Assembly: GCA_963668645.2 (NCBI GenBank)
Contig: CAXXWC010000010.1
Span: forward strand, 288,001-352,000
DNA: 64,000 bases
Reading direction: 5' to 3'
Source: Desulfobacterales bacterium
GTDB lineage: Bacteria > Desulfobacterota > Desulfobacteria > Desulfobacterales > UBA2174
This document shows positions 1-9,962 of this stretch, piece after piece. A program made the position numbers and the translations under genes. Positions within the stretch are counted from its first letter, which is position 1. Each line of letters opens with the position of its first letter. A model generated the notes under the pieces. It made no database searches and was not told where the DNA came from. It saw only the letters and a program-made list of their open reading frames with translations.

Positions 1-1
1 T

Positions 2-496
2 GCGGCTCTTGAAAAGGCCCAGACCGAATTCGACCATACCAAGTACCGCCACCGGGCGGTGATGGTGCTCGATGCGGGCGGGCGCGTCATCGGCAAACTG
101 AGCCAGCTCGATGTCCTGCGGGCCCTGGAATCGACGGTGACGCCCCCATCCCCGGGCATGGACGAGATCCTGCTTTACGGGTTCAGCCCGGGTTTCATCC
201 GCAAATGGCGGCTCGAAAAGCGGGTCCTGCAAAGCCCGTTGACCCGGGTCTGCGGTGTGGTGGGGCAACTCAAGGCCAAAGACTTCATGCAAAGCCCCAC
301 CGAAGGCGAATTCGTCGGCATCGACGAAAATATCGACGCCGCCATCCACCGGCTTGTCTCGGGCAGTCACCTGTCGCTTATCGTCACGGGGGCCGACGGC
401 CAGATCGCCGGCATTTTGCGTCTTACGGATGTCTTTGCGGCTATTTTTCATGCCATGAAAGTATGCCAACTCGAAGAAGGTGAGATAGCCACATGA
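2..496 (+). CDS. CBS domain protein, 5' end outside the window; paralog of 3668..4225
   Basis: Frame is open from position 2 (AALEKAQTEFDHTKYRHRAV...). C-terminus GILRLTDVFAAIFHAMK is nearly identical to the CBS protein at 3668..4225. Confidence 0.85.
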   Translation, partial: AALEKAQTEFDHTKYRHRAVMVLDAGGRVIGKLSQLDVLRALESTVTPPSPGMDEILLYGFSPGFIRKWRLEKRVLQSPLTRVCGVVGQLKAKDFMQSPTEGEFVGIDENIDAAIHRLVSGSHLSLIVTGADGQIAGILRLTDVFAAIFHAMKVCQLEEGEIAT

Positions 497-1914
497 TCGA
501 ACTGCAAAAACGCCTCGAACGCATCATCCAGCGGGTCAACATCAATCTGCGCGAGTTGGGCTACGACGCCAACCCTTATGTACGCGACCTGGTCCCGTTG
601 ACCCAGAAAGTCAAATTCTACGCCTTTTACGGGATCACCCCCAACCATCCCCTCGACCTCCAGTTTCACGGCTCCAGCCTGGCCGGCAGCTATTTTCTGG
701 GCCGCTGCCGGGTGCACAACTCGCTGCTCTACAAGACCGACATCCGGGGCGACGAACTGAAAAAAAAGGGCAGCCGGTTTCATTTCCAGGGCCAGGAGAT
801 CGTCCTGACCCAGGATGAACGCTTCGACATCGAAGACTGCTACCTGATCAAGACCCTGGTCCATAACTACTCCCACGACCCGGAGACCCCGGAGCACTTT
901 TTCATCAAGGATACCGTCTCGACCCATTATGCCAACATCCACGGCTCTCCGACGGAAGGCTGTTTTCTGGGCCCTTTTGCCACCGTCGACCTGACCACGG
1001 TCCACGACTGTGTCATCGGGCCGTTCTCCTATATCCAGGCCGGCGAGATCGGCCATCTCAACATCCCGCCCGGCACGGTCTGGGTGCGCGCACCGGGTAA
1101 ATTCAATTTCCTGTACCGCTTCCCCCCGGATGCGTTGAACGCCTATATCACCTTCGATCCCGGCACCCCGCCCCAAGGGGCCTTGATGGATTTCGCAAAT
1201 CAACGCAAGCACGAGTTCCAGCGTGTCTTCGATGTGGTCAACATCGAGCCTTCGGTGCGCGTCCCGTCCAATGCCTCCCTGGATCGCTACGCGGTGATCC
1301 GGCCCAAAACCCGCATCAGCGAAAACGTCCTGGTCGCCCAACGGGCCTTTTTGCAAAACTCCTCTCTGGGCAAGGGCGCCAACGCCCAGGAGAACTGCTA
1401 CATCATCAACTCACGGCTGGAAGGCTTCAACGTCACGGCTCACGGCGCCAAGATCATCGAGGCCGATATGGGCACCGGCGTCTTCGTCGGGTTCAACAGC
1501 TTCCTCCAGGGCCGTCCCAAGGCCCGCCTGACCATCGGTGCCGACTGCATCATCATGCCCCACACGATCATCGATATCGACGTTCCCCTGACCATCCCGC
1601 CCAACCACCTGGCCTGGGGCCTGATCCGCAACGCCGGGGAATTGGCGGCCAACAGCATGCCGCTCGAGACGCTGGCGGCCGTGGAAGACGGCTTTCACCA
1701 GGGCGACCTTTTCTTCGAGGGCAGCGGATCGGCCTTTGTCGAAGGGTTCCAGCAGCGCATCCATCACATCCTGGAAGCCAACGGCGCCTATTACGACGGG
1801 ACCGGAAACCACGGGCACGCCCAGCGCAACCAGAATCTCTCTTTCAACATCCTGCAACCTTATCCCGAAGGCCCTCTCCAGGGATTGTCACCCACCACGA
1901 TCATCCAGGATTGA
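493..1914 (+). CDS. Left-handed beta-helix (hexapeptide repeat) transferase / gamma-carbonic-anhydrase-like protein
   Basis: 473-aa ORF overlapping the upstream stop (ATGA). Repeated hexapeptide-like segments (CVIGPFSYI, VFVGFNSFL, LTIGADCIIMPHTII). Confidence 0.75.
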   Translation: MIELQKRLERIIQRVNINLRELGYDANPYVRDLVPLTQKVKFYAFYGITPNHPLDLQFHGSSLAGSYFLGRCRVHNSLLYKTDIRGDELKKKGSRFHFQGQEIVLTQDERFDIEDCYLIKTLVHNYSHDPETPEHFFIKDTVSTHYANIHGSPTEGCFLGPFATVDLTTVHDCVIGPFSYIQAGEIGHLNIPPGTVWVRAPGKFNFLYRFPPDALNAYITFDPGTPPQGALMDFANQRKHEFQRVFDVVNIEPSVRVPSNASLDRYAVIRPKTRISENVLVAQRAFLQNSSLGKGANAQENCYIINSRLEGFNVTAHGAKIIEADMGTGVFVGFNSFLQGRPKARLTIGADCIIMPHTIIDIDVPLTIPPNHLAWGLIRNAGELAANSMPLETLAAVEDGFHQGDLFFEGSGSAFVEGFQQRIHHILEANGAYYDGTGNHGHAQRNQNLSFNILQPYPEGPLQGLSPTTIIQD

Positions 1915-1951
1915 AGGCCGGCCCTTTTCCTTTTCTTGCCACTGCAGATAA

Positions 1952-1991
1952 GGGTTTCCGGTGCCGCTGGACCGCAGCGCGCCGGAAACCC
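1952..1991. terminator. Hairpin between convergent genes, possible bidirectional terminator
   Basis: GGGTTTCCGG (1952-1961) pairs with CCGGAAACCC (1982-1991). No long U tract. Confidence 0.5.
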
Positions 1992-2005
1992 GTGGGCGAT
2001 TTTCC

Positions 2006-3478
2006 CTATTTGAGCGTCACCGGCATGCCCATCAGCGGCCAGAGGATGAACACGGCGAATCCGACCACCGCCATGAGGATGATGCTGGCCGGGATTCCGT
2101 AGAGGAAAAACTCGCCGGTGGTGAACTGCTTCGAGTCGTAGGCGATGGCGTTGGGCGCGGCCCCCACCAGGAGCAGAAAGGGCATGCCGGCCGTGACCAG
2201 AGAGGCGAAAAGGATCACCTCGCCGGCCACCCCGAGGTAGGGGGCGATGACCAGGGCCACCGGCAGCGAGATGGCGATGGCGGCCACGTTCATGATGAAG
2301 TTGGTCATGATCATCACGAAAAAGGCGATCCCCATAACGAAAACGAACCAGTGGCTCTCCTTGAACATGGCCAGCCAGTTGACCGCCAGCCACTTGGCCG
2401 CCCCGGTCTCCCAGAGGCAGAAACCGATGCTCATGGCCCCGGCAAAAAGCAGGATGATGTTCCAGGGAATGTCCTCCAGGTCGTCGATGTCCAGAATGCC
2501 CGTGACAAAAAAGAGGATCGAGGAGATCAGGATGATGGCGGTCTTGTCCACCGGCTTGAGGGCCGGCACGAAGGAGCGCAGCGACATCACCAGGATGCAG
2601 CCGAAGACGATCACCGCCGCCATGATCTCCTTGCGCGTGATGGGGCCCAGCTCCTTGTTGAGCTGCCGGGCCCGTTCGCGCAGCCCGGGAATCGTCGCTT
2701 TTTCCGGCTTCATCACGATCATGAAAAAGCCCCAGAGCAAAAAGGTCATCAGCCAGCCGATGGGGAACATGTAGTAGCTCAAGGTGAAGAAGCTAATCTC
2801 CTGGCCGGCGATGTCCTTGAAAAAACCCAGCGCCACCGCCCCGCGGGCCGCACCGAGCAGCGTGACGATGCTGCCGGCCCCGGCCACGTAAGCCATACCG
2901 ATGAACAACCCCTTGCCGAACTTGGTCGGCCGGTCGCCCTCGCCGTACAGGGCGTAGATCGAGACCAGGAGCGGATAGATGGTGGCCGCCACCGCCGTGT
3001 GGGCCATGATGTGGGTCAAGGCCGCGGTAACCACGAAGGCTCCCAGGTAAATCATGGAGGTTTTCTCGCCCACGATCACGAGCATCTTGTAGGCCAGACG
3101 CTTGGTCAGTCCGGTCTTGGTAAAGACCAGCCCGATCATGATCGAGGCGAAGATGAACATGACCGACGGGTCCATGAAGTCCTTGAAGGCCACCTTGGCC
3201 GGCCGGATGAGAAACAGGGCCTGGAGCACGCCGATGGCCAGGCTGGTCACGCCGATGGGCACCACCTCGAAGACCCACCAGGTGCCGGCCAGCAAAAAGA
3301 CCGCCAGTGCCCCCTTGGCCTCGCGGCCCAGCTCGAAATGCTGGCCGGCCGGATCGACCGCGTCGGGCCAGGGGGGCGAACCGTAGACCACAGCGAAAAG
3401 GATGATCCCCAGGAGCAAAAATGCGGTCTTTTTCCAGTTAAACGAAACGGCGCTTGGTGCGGTTAACTCGGTTTGCAT
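2006..3478 (-). CDS. DASS/SLC13 family anion:sodium symporter
   Basis: 490-aa polytopic membrane protein with HIMAHTAVAA, TNFIMNVAAIAI and GAAPNAIAY motifs. GAGGAGG RBS. Confidence 0.9.
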   Translation of the reverse strand: MQTELTAPSAVSFNWKKTAFLLLGIILFAVVYGSPPWPDAVDPAGQHFELGREAKGALAVFLLAGTWWVFEVVPIGVTSLAIGVLQALFLIRPAKVAFKDFMDPSVMFIFASIMIGLVFTKTGLTKRLAYKMLVIVGEKTSMIYLGAFVVTAALTHIMAHTAVAATIYPLLVSIYALYGEGDRPTKFGKGLFIGMAYVAGAGSIVTLLGAARGAVALGFFKDIAGQEISFFTLSYYMFPIGWLMTFLLWGFFMIVMKPEKATIPGLRERARQLNKELGPITRKEIMAAVIVFGCILVMSLRSFVPALKPVDKTAIILISSILFFVTGILDIDDLEDIPWNIILLFAGAMSIGFCLWETGAAKWLAVNWLAMFKESHWFVFVMGIAFFVMIMTNFIMNVAAIAISLPVALVIAPYLGVAGEVILFASLVTAGMPFLLLVGAAPNAIAYDSKQFTTGEFFLYGIPASIILMAVVGFAVFILWPLMGMPVTLK

Positions 3479-3667
3479 GAATCCTCCTCGCTTCGGTCAT
3501 CCCGATGGCATCCTCTCGCGGCTGTCGGACCGCGGGCTGCCCAACGATGATCTGTTCGTGCAGAATAAAAAGCCCGCCACCCCTAAAAAGCGGTTTCCCC
3601 CAGGCTTTTTTTGCTCTCGGCGTTTTCGGGCGTCTTGGCGCGCAAAGAGACTGCCGTGCGGCTCTCC

Positions 3668-4225
3668 TCATCGACCTTCACAGGCTTTCATGGCATGGAA
3701 AACGGCGGCAAAAACGTCGGTCAGGCGCAGGATGCCGACGATCCGGTCCTTTTCCGTCACCAGAAGGGACTGGTGCTGGCCCGCCACCAGCAGGTGGACC
3801 GCCTTGTCCAGGGAGTCTTCGGTCTGGATAAATTCACCTTCCGTGGGCTGGTGCATGTAGCGTACGACCCGCTGTTCGGCCGCCTTGCGGCACAGGTCGT
3901 TGAACGGCAGGTCGAAGAGGTGGTACTGTTCCAGCATCGAAAGCAGGAACTTGCGGCTGAAACCGAAGTGGGTCACCCCGGTGCTGGTCTTCATCTCATC
4001 GTATTTGGGCTCCAGGGCGCGCAGCATGTCGAGCTGGCCCAGACGGCCCACCACCTTCCCGTCCCCATCGCACACCAGCACGGCCCGATGGCGGTAGCGG
4101 TTGTGATCGAACTCCTCCTGGGCCCTTTCCAGAGCCATGACAGCTTCGAAAATCGTCGCCTCCGCATCGATGACGGCATATTCGGACAGCGGCACCATCA
4201 GGTCTCGGACAAAATAGTTTTTCAT
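3668..4225 (-). CDS. CBS domain protein
   Basis: Start MKNYFVRDLMVPL after a GAGGAGG RBS. Two CBS repeats. Confidence 0.85.
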   Translation of the reverse strand: MKNYFVRDLMVPLSEYAVIDAEATIFEAVMALERAQEEFDHNRYRHRAVLVCDGDGKVVGRLGQLDMLRALEPKYDEMKTSTGVTHFGFSRKFLLSMLEQYHLFDLPFNDLCRKAAEQRVVRYMHQPTEGEFIQTEDSLDKAVHLLVAGQHQSLLVTEKDRIVGILRLTDVFAAVFHAMKACEGR

Positions 4226-4241
4226 ACAATCCCTCCTCGCA

Positions 4242-4613
4242 TTATGGGAGCCGCCCGCAGCTGGCCTCCCGGACACTGTCACGCAACGCATCCCGATCGA
4301 AGGGCGGCATCAGATCGGCGAAAGCGCCCATCTTCATCGCCTCGATCGACAAATCGATCTGTTCTCTCTCATTGAGGGTGATCACCTGAACGGCGGGCCA
4401 TTCGGACCGGATCTGCCCCAGCAGCGACAGCCCCTGGCGACCTGGGCCGCCCAGTCCCAGAAGCACGACCTGCGGCGCATCGCGTCCCAGGGCGGCCAAG
4501 GCCTCACTTCGTTTGGCCGCCTCGCTGACGGCAAACCCGAGTTGGCGCAGATGGGTGGCGATGCTGGTGCGCAAATCAGAATCGGTTTCGATGATCAGCA
4601 CGCGTGGAAACAT
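4242..4613 (-). CDS. Stand-alone receiver-domain protein, atypical
   Basis: Receiver fold pattern (RVLIIETD...QVVLLGL...AMKMGAFADL). The phospho-acceptor Asp position appears to be Gly (VVLLGL). Confidence 0.75.
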   Translation of the reverse strand: MFPRVLIIETDSDLRTSIATHLRQLGFAVSEAAKRSEALAALGRDAPQVVLLGLGGPGRQGLSLLGQIRSEWPAVQVITLNEREQIDLSIEAMKMGAFADLMPPFDRDALRDSVREASCGRLP

Positions 4614-4657
4614 GGTTGCCTTTCAATACCTCGCTTGAGTCCAAGGCCCCAGGATTC

Positions 4658-4673
4658 AGCAACCGCCGTGCCA
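4658..4673 (-). promoter_or_regulatory. Sigma54 (-24/-12) promoter
   Basis: Minus strand reads TGGCAC-GGCGG-TTGCT, a perfect consensus, 44 bp upstream of the 4613 start. Confidence 0.85.
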
Positions 4674-4726
4674 ATTTTTTTTAACCTGATTTTTCGGTGG
4701 GTTAAGATTTTATACGAGAAACTTTT

Positions 4727-4771
4727 GTTTCATATTCAAACGATATAGAACACCATGAAATAAAATGAAAC
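4727..4771. promoter_or_regulatory. Candidate paired enhancer (UAS) sites for the adjacent sigma54 activator
   Basis: GTTTCATATTCAAAC (4727-4741) and GAAATAAAATGAAAC (4757-4771) are variants of GTTTCA-N3-TGAAAC, 30 bp apart. Confidence 0.5.
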
Positions 4772-4774
4772 GTT

Positions 4775-5122
4775 TTAGATCACTTCGGCCATTTGCAGGA
4801 CGTCGCCACTGCCGAGGCGGTTGCGCCCCAACTGTTGCAGGGCGTTTTCTCCGGAACCGATGACATCGTCGATGACCTTCACCTGCTTCCAGGTCAAGTA
4901 ATCGTAATGCTCCTCCTCGATACCGCCGCAAATCACGGTGCCCACCGATTCGGTGAGCGCCAGTTGGCAGAGTTTTTCGGCCGATGCCTGGGGCATGATG
5001 AGCAGCTTGCGGTCGCGAACCACACCGCGGCCATCCATCAGGGCGATGAGCACTTCGGCCGCCAGATCGAAACGCGGCGCCACATTGTTTTCCAGCAGGG
5101 GGACCATGACCTTGCGCTGCAT
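4775..5122 (-). CDS. NifB/NifX-family (dinitrogenase FeMo-co domain) protein
   Basis: VAPRFD...VICGGI motifs in a 115-aa ORF. Confidence 0.8.
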   Translation of the reverse strand: MQRKVMVPLLENNVAPRFDLAAEVLIALMDGRGVVRDRKLLIMPQASAEKLCQLALTESVGTVICGGIEEEHYDYLTWKQVKVIDDVIGSGENALQQLGRNRLGSGDVLQMAEVI

Positions 5123-6643
5123 TCAGACCTCGATGCCGAACTGGCGAATTTTGCGCCACAAGGTGCTGCGCGAACACCCGAGCATGGCCGCTGCCCGGCT
5201 GCGGTTGCCGCGTGCCTGGACCAGGGCCTCGCGGATCATGCGCGCCTCGACATCCCGCCACCTTTCAGGGCCGCTCTCGCTTTGATGGGGATCGCCGCTT
5301 TGCCTGGCAGAAGGGATCGGCGCGGGTGCCGTGGCAGGTGGGCGCGTTGCGGTGGCGGCCTTCGGGTCGGTGAGATAAGCCGGCAGGTGCGCCGGCTGAA
5401 CCCGGCGCTCCTGGCAAAGATTGGCGCAGTACTCGACGATATTTTTCAGTTCACGGACGTTGCCCGGATAATCGTAGTGCAACAGGATCTTGAGGCAACG
5501 CCCGGAAAACCCCTCGATGGAACGCCCCAGGCGCAAAGAGAGCCGTTTGATGTAATAATCGAGCAGAAGCCGCACATCGCCTTCCCGTACGCGCAAAGGC
5601 GGTATTTCCAAACGCAGCACGTTGAGCCGGTAGAAAAGATCCTGGCGGAAACGCCCCCGCCGCACCATGTCCTCAAGGTTGCGGTGGGTGGCGGCCACTA
5701 TCCGCACGTCGGCGTCATAGCCGGTGGAGCTGCCGAGGGGATAGACGATCTTGTCGTCCAGAAAGGTGAGCAGCTTGACCTGCAAGGGGATCGGCAGGTC
5801 GCCGATCTCGGTCAGATAAAGGGTCCCCCGATGGGCCACGCGAAAACGGCCGGGCCGATCTTCCACCGCTCCGGTAAAGGCCCCCTTCTTGTGGCCGAAA
5901 AGCTCCGATTCAAGCAGGGTGGCGGGCAGGGCCCCGCAGTTGATCTTCACGAAAGGCCCCTTGGCCCGTTCAGACGCTTGGTGCAGCGCCTCGGCCAGCA
6001 GGTCCTTTCCGGTGCCGGTCTCTCCGGTGATCAGCACCGATGCGTCGCTCTGGGCCACCACGGGCAGCATGGAAAAGAGCCGCCCCATCTGGGGGCTCTG
6101 GCCGATGATGTTGCCGAAGCTGTACGGTTCTCCGGAAACATGGCCCGTACCGGAGCTGCCACGCAAATCCTCGATGCTTTCCATCACCCCCAGGCGCTGG
6201 CCTTCAGGGCCGAAAAGGGGGGTGGCGGTGATGCGCACCGGAATCCGGCGCCGATCGCGGGCCAGGATGTCATCCTGGCGGCATCCGCCCTTGCTCCGAT
6301 CCCCCGGACGCCCTCCGGCGCATTGCTGAACGCAGCAACGGCTGCGCAGAACGTAGGCGCAGGGAAGTCCCACCATATGCTCTGCCCGCGCCCCGGTCAG
6401 CATTTCCAGATGCTGATTCATGAAACAGACCCGACCTTCGACGTCCACCACCAGAATCCCCATGGGCACGGCGTTGAGCAGGGCGGGCGCATCGATCCCC
6501 AGCGCCGCCAAGGCGGGATCAGTCCGGCGATCGGCAGGAGGTACCGGTGCCGGCGACCGTTTCTGCAAAGATGATTTGGAGTGGATCGATGAGCTGGCAG
6601 GGGCCATCGTTGGCTGATAGCGGATACTTGCACAGGCTGTCAA
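5123..6643 (-). CDS. PAS-domain sigma54-dependent transcriptional activator (Fis-type HTH); start uncertain
   Basis: GETGTGKD Walker A, ESELFGHKKGAFTGA, C-terminal HTH. PAS region is Cys-rich (CAYVLRSRCCVQQC). Confidence 0.92.
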   Translation of the reverse strand: MTACASIRYQPTMAPASSSIHSKSSLQKRSPAPVPPADRRTDPALAALGIDAPALLNAVPMGILVVDVEGRVCFMNQHLEMLTGARAEHMVGLPCAYVLRSRCCVQQCAGGRPGDRSKGGCRQDDILARDRRRIPVRITATPLFGPEGQRLGVMESIEDLRGSSGTGHVSGEPYSFGNIIGQSPQMGRLFSMLPVVAQSDASVLITGETGTGKDLLAEALHQASERAKGPFVKINCGALPATLLESELFGHKKGAFTGAVEDRPGRFRVAHRGTLYLTEIGDLPIPLQVKLLTFLDDKIVYPLGSSTGYDADVRIVAATHRNLEDMVRRGRFRQDLFYRLNVLRLEIPPLRVREGDVRLLLDYYIKRLSLRLGRSIEGFSGRCLKILLHYDYPGNVRELKNIVEYCANLCQERRVQPAHLPAYLTDPKAATATRPPATAPAPIPSARQSGDPHQSESGPERWRDVEARMIREALVQARGNRSRAAAMLGCSRSTLWRKIRQFGIEV

Positions 6644-6909
6644 GATGCCCCCCGGTTATTCGCTGTTAGCCCCGCGATGGCAAGACCACCGTGGCACGGC
6701 AACGCGCCCCAAGGCCTTTTAGAAAACACGCACCTGCCGCTGTTCCGGGACCGCCCCAGTGGGGCCGCCGGCCGGCTGGAGCGCTGACCGACGTCGGCAA
6801 GAAAAGCAGCGCATGGCGGAAAAATCCAAAAAATAATGTAAACCTCAGCAAAATATGGGATAAATCTTCGTAAAATGCAGACCTTAAATTTGGCAGGAGT
6901 TGCACGAAA

Positions 6910-7569
6910 ATGCAGAAGGGAAGCGAAAACGATCCGTCCGGCGCACCCCATCCCAGGCAATCGGCAACCGCATCTGCCGCCATGGAAACGATGCTGGCCG
7001 AACTGGTCGATCTGGCCCGGCGTCTGGGCGCCAGCGACGCGGCGGTGGTCGATGCCGCCGCCATCGTCGCCGAGGAAAGGCTCGCCCGGTTCTGTCTTCC
7101 GCCCGGGTGCCCGCATTACGGCCTCTCGGCCGGCTGCCCGCCCCATGTCGGCGGTCCTCAGATGTTTCGTGACCTGCTAAAGCGCTACTGCCACGGCTTG
7201 CTGGTCAAAATCGATACGAGCGCCGAACTTCTCAGCTCCGAGGGCAGCAAAGAACTCTTTCGCCGGCTTCACCGCATCGCAGCCGGGGTCGAACGGAACG
7301 CCGCAGCCCTGGGGTGCACGGCCCCCCGGGCATTTGCCGGCGGATCGTGCCGGTCCCTTTTTTGCGAGGATCAGACCGGTTGCCGGGTGATAGACGAAGG
7401 CGGCGAGTGCCGGTACCCCGAGACGGCCAGGCCCTCCCTTTCCGGATACGGGGTAAATGTGGGCAACCTGGCCGGCCTGGCCGGATGGCAGATGCGCTGG
7501 GCCGGGCAGCGGGGCGATCCCCACGCCGGCGGTGGTGTGTCGATCTACGCCCTGATCCTGGTGGCCTGA
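6910..7569 (+). CDS. DUF2284-like predicted metal-binding protein; true start may be 6982 or 6991
   Basis: C-x3-C-x-x-YG-x4-CPP, GGSC-x3-C and CRYP-x2-ARPS motifs. Confidence 0.8.
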   Translation: MQKGSENDPSGAPHPRQSATASAAMETMLAELVDLARRLGASDAAVVDAAAIVAEERLARFCLPPGCPHYGLSAGCPPHVGGPQMFRDLLKRYCHGLLVKIDTSAELLSSEGSKELFRRLHRIAAGVERNAAALGCTAPRAFAGGSCRSLFCEDQTGCRVIDEGGECRYPETARPSLSGYGVNVGNLAGLAGWQMRWAGQRGDPHAGGGVSIYALILVA

Positions 7570-7591
7570 GATATTTTCTTACCGGAAGTTG

Positions 7592-8335
7592 TCACTCAAG
7601 ATAATATTCGATCGTGGTCACCACTCGGATGGTCTTCTCGCGCTGGCTTTGCTCGGCGATGCCCGGAGCCCGATCCCGTGCCAGGATAACGAAGACGCCC
7701 TGATTGGCACGGCGGATCTTGCCGATGCGGCTGCCGGCGTCGGCGGCGAATTCTTGGGCCGCCCGGCGCGCGTTGGCCGTGGCCTCGGCGATCATGGCCG
7801 GCTTGTGCTCCGAAAGGCGGGTAAACAGATAGGTGGGCGCCCCGCTCATGGGTCCTTCGCTGGAAAGGACCACGCCGGCATCCACCAGGGCCCCGATGTC
7901 CTGGCTGGCCTTTTGGATCTTCTCCGTTTCGACGCTGCGCACCATGAGGGTCTGCTGGATGATAAAACGGCTTTGCACCGGGCCGCTGCGATAGGCATTG
8001 GCGTAAAGATCCTGCACCGCCAGGCGATGCACCTGGACAGCGGCGCTATCGACGCCGTGGTCCGCAAGAAAGGCGAGCACCTTTTCCCGGCTTTCACGGA
8101 TCCGGGCCTGGGCCCGGTCCAGTTCGTCGTCGGTGGCGGCAAACTGGATCGGCCACAGGGCGATATCGGCCAGCACGTCCCGTTCGCAAACCCCCTTGAC
8201 CGTCACGAAGCGGTCCGCCGTGCGTCCTTTAAGGAAACCCTGGCCGATGAACCATCCGCCCAGAGCGACACCGGCGGCCACCAGGGCCAGTGCCCAGCCT
8301 GAAACCGGGGAACGCTTTTCCATGTCTGCCTCCAT
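7592..8335 (-). CDS. SIMPL (DUF541) domain protein
   Basis: N-terminal TM, RFVTVKG, EATANARRAAQEFA, ANQGVF motifs. Confidence 0.85.
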   Translation of the reverse strand: MEADMEKRSPVSGWALALVAAGVALGGWFIGQGFLKGRTADRFVTVKGVCERDVLADIALWPIQFAATDDELDRAQARIRESREKVLAFLADHGVDSAAVQVHRLAVQDLYANAYRSGPVQSRFIIQQTLMVRSVETEKIQKASQDIGALVDAGVVLSSEGPMSGAPTYLFTRLSEHKPAMIAEATANARRAAQEFAADAGSRIGKIRRANQGVFVILARDRAPGIAEQSQREKTIRVVTTIEYYLE

Positions 8336-8364
8336 GGCAAATCGCGGTTACAGTTAAAAACCCT

Positions 8365-9579
8365 TTACGGACGCTGCGGCGCCGCCCGCAGCAGCGCCAG
8401 CCAGAAGATGCCGGTCACTGCGGTAAGCCCGAGGGAGGCAAAAGCCAGCCCCCAACCCAACACTGTACGGCCTGCTAGATCCAGGATCACCCCGAAGACC
8501 AGCGGCGCCAGACCGGCCATGCCGAATCCGGCAAAGGAATGCAACGCCATGGTCATACCCCTGTGTGGATCATCGGCCCGGGCGACCATCCCGGCGGTCA
8601 GGGCTCCACTGTCCAGCATCACCGTCACGCCGTAGACAAAGGCCAGCAGGGCCACCAGCCCGAACGGCTGGCCGACGGCAAAACCGATAACGGCCCCCAC
8701 GATCCCGGAAAGGGTCATGTAGATACGGATCGCCCGTCTCCGGCCCCAGGCCATGGCGCCTTCATTGCCGAGGATGCTCGCCGCCACACCCACGGCCAGA
8801 ATCAAGGTGGCGATAGCCTGGACGCTCACCGAAGGGGGACTGTCCGGCCGCAGGCTGGCGCTGAACGCCAGAAAGGCCACCATCCATGAGCGGTAGCCGA
8901 ACAGCTCCCAGCAGTGCACCGCATACCCCATGACGTATCCCATGGCCGCCCGGTTGCGCAGCACCGCTACGAGCATGCGAGGATCGAGGGATTGCATCCA
9001 ACGGATCCCACTGGCGGCAGGCGGCCGCCTGGGCACGGCCACGGCGAACAGCGCCGCCGAGGCCAGGGGCCCAAGCCCGAGCACCCAGGCCGCATGGCGC
9101 CAGCCCACGGCCGGCATCAGCAGGCCAGCAAAAAAAACCGAACAGGCCGATCCGACGGCGTACGAAGAGGTATAAAAGGCGACATAGCGGCTCTGGCGCG
9201 GTCCGCCGAAGTTATCGCTCAGGGCGCGCAGGCCGGGCATGTAGGTGCCGGCCAGGCCGATGCCGGCCAGCAGTCTCAACATCGCCGCCGAAGCCGTGCC
9301 GTGGGCCAGGGCGGCGAACAGGAACATGGAAAGGGCCGCCAGCAGCACCGAAGGGATATAGATGCGGCGCGGATCGATGCGGTCGGTCAGGCTCACCAGC
9401 AGCGGCGTGGCCGCGGCGTACCCGGCGAAAAAAACCCCGTTGATCCAGCCGGCGGCCGTGCCGCTCAAGTGCCACTGGGCCTCGAAGGTCGGCTGCAGAG
9501 CCGGAAAATGCATGGTGCCGGCCATGGACAGGATCTCGGCGGCGCACAGGGCCACAACGATGCGGGGAGGTCGGCTCAC
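8365..9579 (-). CDS. MFS transporter
   Basis: 404 aa, about 12 TM segments, SLTDRIDPRR motif A, GIGLAGTYMPG. Confidence 0.9.
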   Translation of the reverse strand: MSRPPRIVVALCAAEILSMAGTMHFPALQPTFEAQWHLSGTAAGWINGVFFAGYAAATPLLVSLTDRIDPRRIYIPSVLLAALSMFLFAALAHGTASAAMLRLLAGIGLAGTYMPGLRALSDNFGGPRQSRYVAFYTSSYAVGSACSVFFAGLLMPAVGWRHAAWVLGLGPLASAALFAVAVPRRPPAASGIRWMQSLDPRMLVAVLRNRAAMGYVMGYAVHCWELFGYRSWMVAFLAFSASLRPDSPPSVSVQAIATLILAVGVAASILGNEGAMAWGRRRAIRIYMTLSGIVGAVIGFAVGQPFGLVALLAFVYGVTVMLDSGALTAGMVARADDPHRGMTMALHSFAGFGMAGLAPLVFGVILDLAGRTVLGWGLAFASLGLTAVTGIFWLALLRAAPQRP

Positions 9580-9752
9580 GCAGGAGCCTATAGCCTAGAA
9601 TCGCGACCGATGCACCCGAATTGTAGCTTCTTTGCGATGTGCCGACCTTGAAAGCGCTCCTGGCAAGCCCCATCTTCAAAAACCCGGATCCGGCGCGCCC
9701 TGCGCTTAGCGATCGCCTGCCGGATGTCCCGAACCGCCACCAGGAGGATCAA

Positions 9753-9944
9753 ATGACCTTCATCCGCATCGACACGCTGCCCGGAAAGCTCTTCGTGCCG
9801 GACCGGGATGATGGCAGGAGCGCCAAGCATCGGTGCCCGGACTGCCAGGCCTGCCAGTTTTGCAGTCCTGCGCGCTGCGCCGCCTGCCGTGGCGGGCAGA
9901 CCGGTCGGGAGGACAGGGAAAACCACCAACAGTCCAACGCCTGA
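9753..9944 (+). CDS. Small Cys-rich hypothetical protein (63 aa)
   Basis: AGGAGG RBS before ATG 9753. Contains CPDCQACQFCSPARCAAC. Confidence 0.7.
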   Translation: MTFIRIDTLPGKLFVPDRDDGRSAKHRCPDCQACQFCSPARCAACRGGQTGREDRENHQQSNA

Positions 9945-9962
9945 TGGAGGATTCGAAGCGGC

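Noticed and set aside
6692..6905. TGGCAC and TGGCAG sequences resembling sigma54 promoters
   Set aside because: The GG-to-GC spacing is wrong in both cases.
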